DNA of 63,104 nt, filler included, from Squatina squatina (taxonomy: Eukaryota), in NCBI GenBank assembly GCA_031763465.1. It is 4 parts of 4 records of this genome, joined end to end, with 100 filler letters (N's around TTAATTAATTAA, not from the genome) between each part and the next. Parts side by side here need not be neighbours in the genome. Positions count along the whole stretch, not along the records: positions 51,063 to 63,104 come from JARFOE010000057.1; 3 more parts are not named here. One strand, written 5' to 3'. A model generated the notes under the pieces. That model saw only the letters and a list, made by a program, of their open reading frames with translations. It did not search any database and had not been told where the DNA came from. This document shows positions 60,391 through 63,104 of this stretch, one piece after another. Position numbers and translations under genes: made by a program. Position 1 is the stretch's first letter; each line of letters opens with the position of its first letter.

Positions 60391-62819
60391 AACGTTCCTA
60401 CAGAATTTAATAAAATTAGTTTTCTAATTTAGACCTCAAAAGAGAAATGTAGAATACATATTGATGGAGATTGTGTAGACATTAAACGATAGAAATTACT
60501 GTTAATCTTAATTTCTTATTAATGAATTAATACCTCATTAAAATCGCAGAATTTGATATGAGCACATTGAGTGTTCATGTGATAATATCGCCAATGGTAA
60601 AATTAAAATATTTTTAATGTAAAAAGGAAGCAATTTTTTTCAGGACAGCAGAATGATTTCCGAGTAGCAATGTTCATGGAATCAATCAGTTTTACTGCAA
60701 CTCAGGTCTTATGAATAATAAATGGCAATTAATATAAAATTTGTTCAAGGATTAATAATTCTACATGTGTATTTTGCAAGGGTTTTTCTTGTAATTTGAA
60801 TATCAGATTACATTTAGCTTGCACTATGCAGTGATGTTTTTTTAGTTCAGATTTATTTTAAATTAACAAATCTAATGTTTTACCTAATTTACTCTAATTG
60901 GTTAGTAGGCAGGGGTGTGGTGTTAGCAAAACTCCAGGGATGAAGGTTACTAAATGCAAGACCAGTATTCGGATGCAAAACTTTAATCAGTGAAGAATCC
61001 AATTTGGCAAGTCCTTAGGAAATGAAGTTACAGAAAAGAAGTCCGCGGGGGTTCAGCAACAAAGCAATCTAATTCCCCTTCTCCAGTGGGCTGGAAAATC
61101 CAATTGATCAATGAGCTTGGGGCAGATTACTTTCGAGCCTTGTTAAAGCCAAAAACAAAGCAGTTTGTCAGCTTCCAAATAACACCAAGTGCACTTAGGG
61201 TTAGCAGTTGTCCAGGTCAGATTACAGGAAACAGACATTCACATGCCAGCTCGCTGGATCTAGGTTCCCAAAACTGGCTCCCTTATTCCAAAAGCAGAAT
61301 TGTCAGTCCACAAACCTACCCCTCCATATAAAAACCGTAGATTTCCTTCCCTGCCTTTTTGCTTCATCTGATTTTTTTGTGTTGTGTTGTAACTCCCTCA
61401 GCAACTAGCACCTTGCCTAGATCAAAGGTCACATTTTGCTCCTCATTAGGAATCTACTCCTTTGGCTAAAATTCAAATTGTTGTTATTAGTGAGGAAAAA
61501 GCCAGATCAGGAGAATTAAAAAAAAACCTACTTGATGCCTTCAAAAACAATCCCAGAATTGACCTCCTCACCATAATTTTGGGGTATATACATGTCATAC
61601 ATGCTGGGCCCCTGGACTATTGGGCCCAGGACATTTGTCCCTCACCATATATCTCCTCCTCTCAGTGGTCCTGGATACTTACTTAACAGTACCTGCTAAT
61701 ATTCTAATGTAATGAAGGACCTCTACTGCTCTCCCATTATGGAGCCTCTACTGATTGATTATTTTACATTGTGGCCTTCTGTTTTACACATTAAAATGCA
61801 TTTCTTTCAATAACTATAAACATTTACACATTTACTGAGGATGCATTATATGCACTATTTTTAATGCATGATACATGTTTTATTTCAGGATCTTGAAATT
61901 TTTTGTATTGTACTGCCCCCAATACCCACCTGCACCTCCAATATAGACGACGAGGTGAACAAATAAATTGTCTGAAAATCTTGAACTATATTTCATATAT
62001 TGGAAAAAATTTATCAAAATTGCACTAAAAATGATAATATATAGTCCATCAACCCAAGATGGGGCCGAAAGAGCTAGTGTTTTCATCATCAGAACTATAC
62101 TTGTAATTCAAAATTCTTGGAGATTCAGTTAAACAAATGGTTGTGTCCCAGTTGTACTGTTTGATACAAGCTTGAGCGTCAGAAGAAATTGGGACAAACT
62201 AGCATAAAAAAATAAGGAAAAAAACCAACACAAACTGTGAATATCTCAATTCAATTAAAAAAAAATGACAATACAAAATCCAAACTTTTGTACATGTTCA
62301 AATACAATTCTCAAGTGCAAATAAATTCCAAAATTATTAATGCGCAACATTGCAATCCTGTCACTTTCCATTATGATGTGATTTGCGGGTGGTGTCAAGT
62401 TACACTGCAATGGAAACGAGAAAGGCTTCCTTGCAGATATAAATATTGTCGTCTTTCTGTAGAAAAAAATTTCCATTCAAACATCCAACAGGAGAAAGAA
62501 ATCATTGCACTTTCTTTTCTTATACAGGGAAAAAAAACACACAATGCAGACAGAAAGTCCTAGTGCATAAAGTATGCTTGCATACGGAGCAGGCTTTGGA
62601 TGCGCTCCCAGCAGTCATATATACCAGCGTACACATAAATATAAGGAATGAACAGTCTTCGTTATGATGGACTGAGAGCTATAAATAACGTACAGTGAAG
62701 TATGAACTGGGATCCTTTTGAAGAAAGCCACAAAAAAAGTCAGCATAGTGAAATATTACGGTTACAAAGCTGTAAAAATAAAACTCAGTCGGTCATTTTA
62801 TTGCCTTTGTCCTGTCAAG

Positions 62820-62981
<162 letters not shown>

Positions 62982-63104
62982 TTAAAAAAAAAAATCACAC
63001 TGTTATACCACTCTGCGTTTAATATCATACTCACATTATGCAAGACTCAAGTCTATTACATGCCTTATCGCTCTCCAGATACCACACTTCAAAATATCAC
63101 ACTT

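Overview
This is eukaryotic vertebrate DNA, almost certainly from a shark or other chondrichthyan, judging by the DeuSINE/SacSINE1-type SINEs, CR1 and L2 LINEs and Harbinger-type relics. It comes from a fragmented draft assembly. Three artificial 100-nt linkers (N44-TTAATTAATTAA-N44) split the window into four apparently unlinked pieces. (A) 1-11974: a ~9 kb satellite with a 40-bp unit, ending next to a slightly diverged tRNA-Gln(CTG) gene and L2 fragments. (B) 12075-37969: 3' exons of the adhesion GPCR ADGRB2/BAI2, a ~5.4 kb satellite with a 17-bp unit, and one COL16A1 exon. (C) 38070-50962: the terminal LIM exon of LDB3 and downstream sequence. (D) 51063-63104: the SCUBE3 last exon and probable long 3'UTR, followed by three ZNF76 exons, all on the minus strand. 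Most real exons are missed or only partly covered by the ORF track, and the long Cys/Val-rich and Ser/Thr-rich ORFs are satellite artefacts. Gene names come from my recall of the human paralog sequences and gene order, not from a database search. I found no convincing new multi-gene system. The best leads are a CR1 retroelement that appears to supply the LDB3 branch point, a perfect 31-bp hairpin with a template-switch signature, a tRNA at a satellite border, higher-order satellite structure, a spliced Harbinger Myb gene that can be reconstructed from two relics, and paralog-mosaic (probably ancestral) protein sequences.
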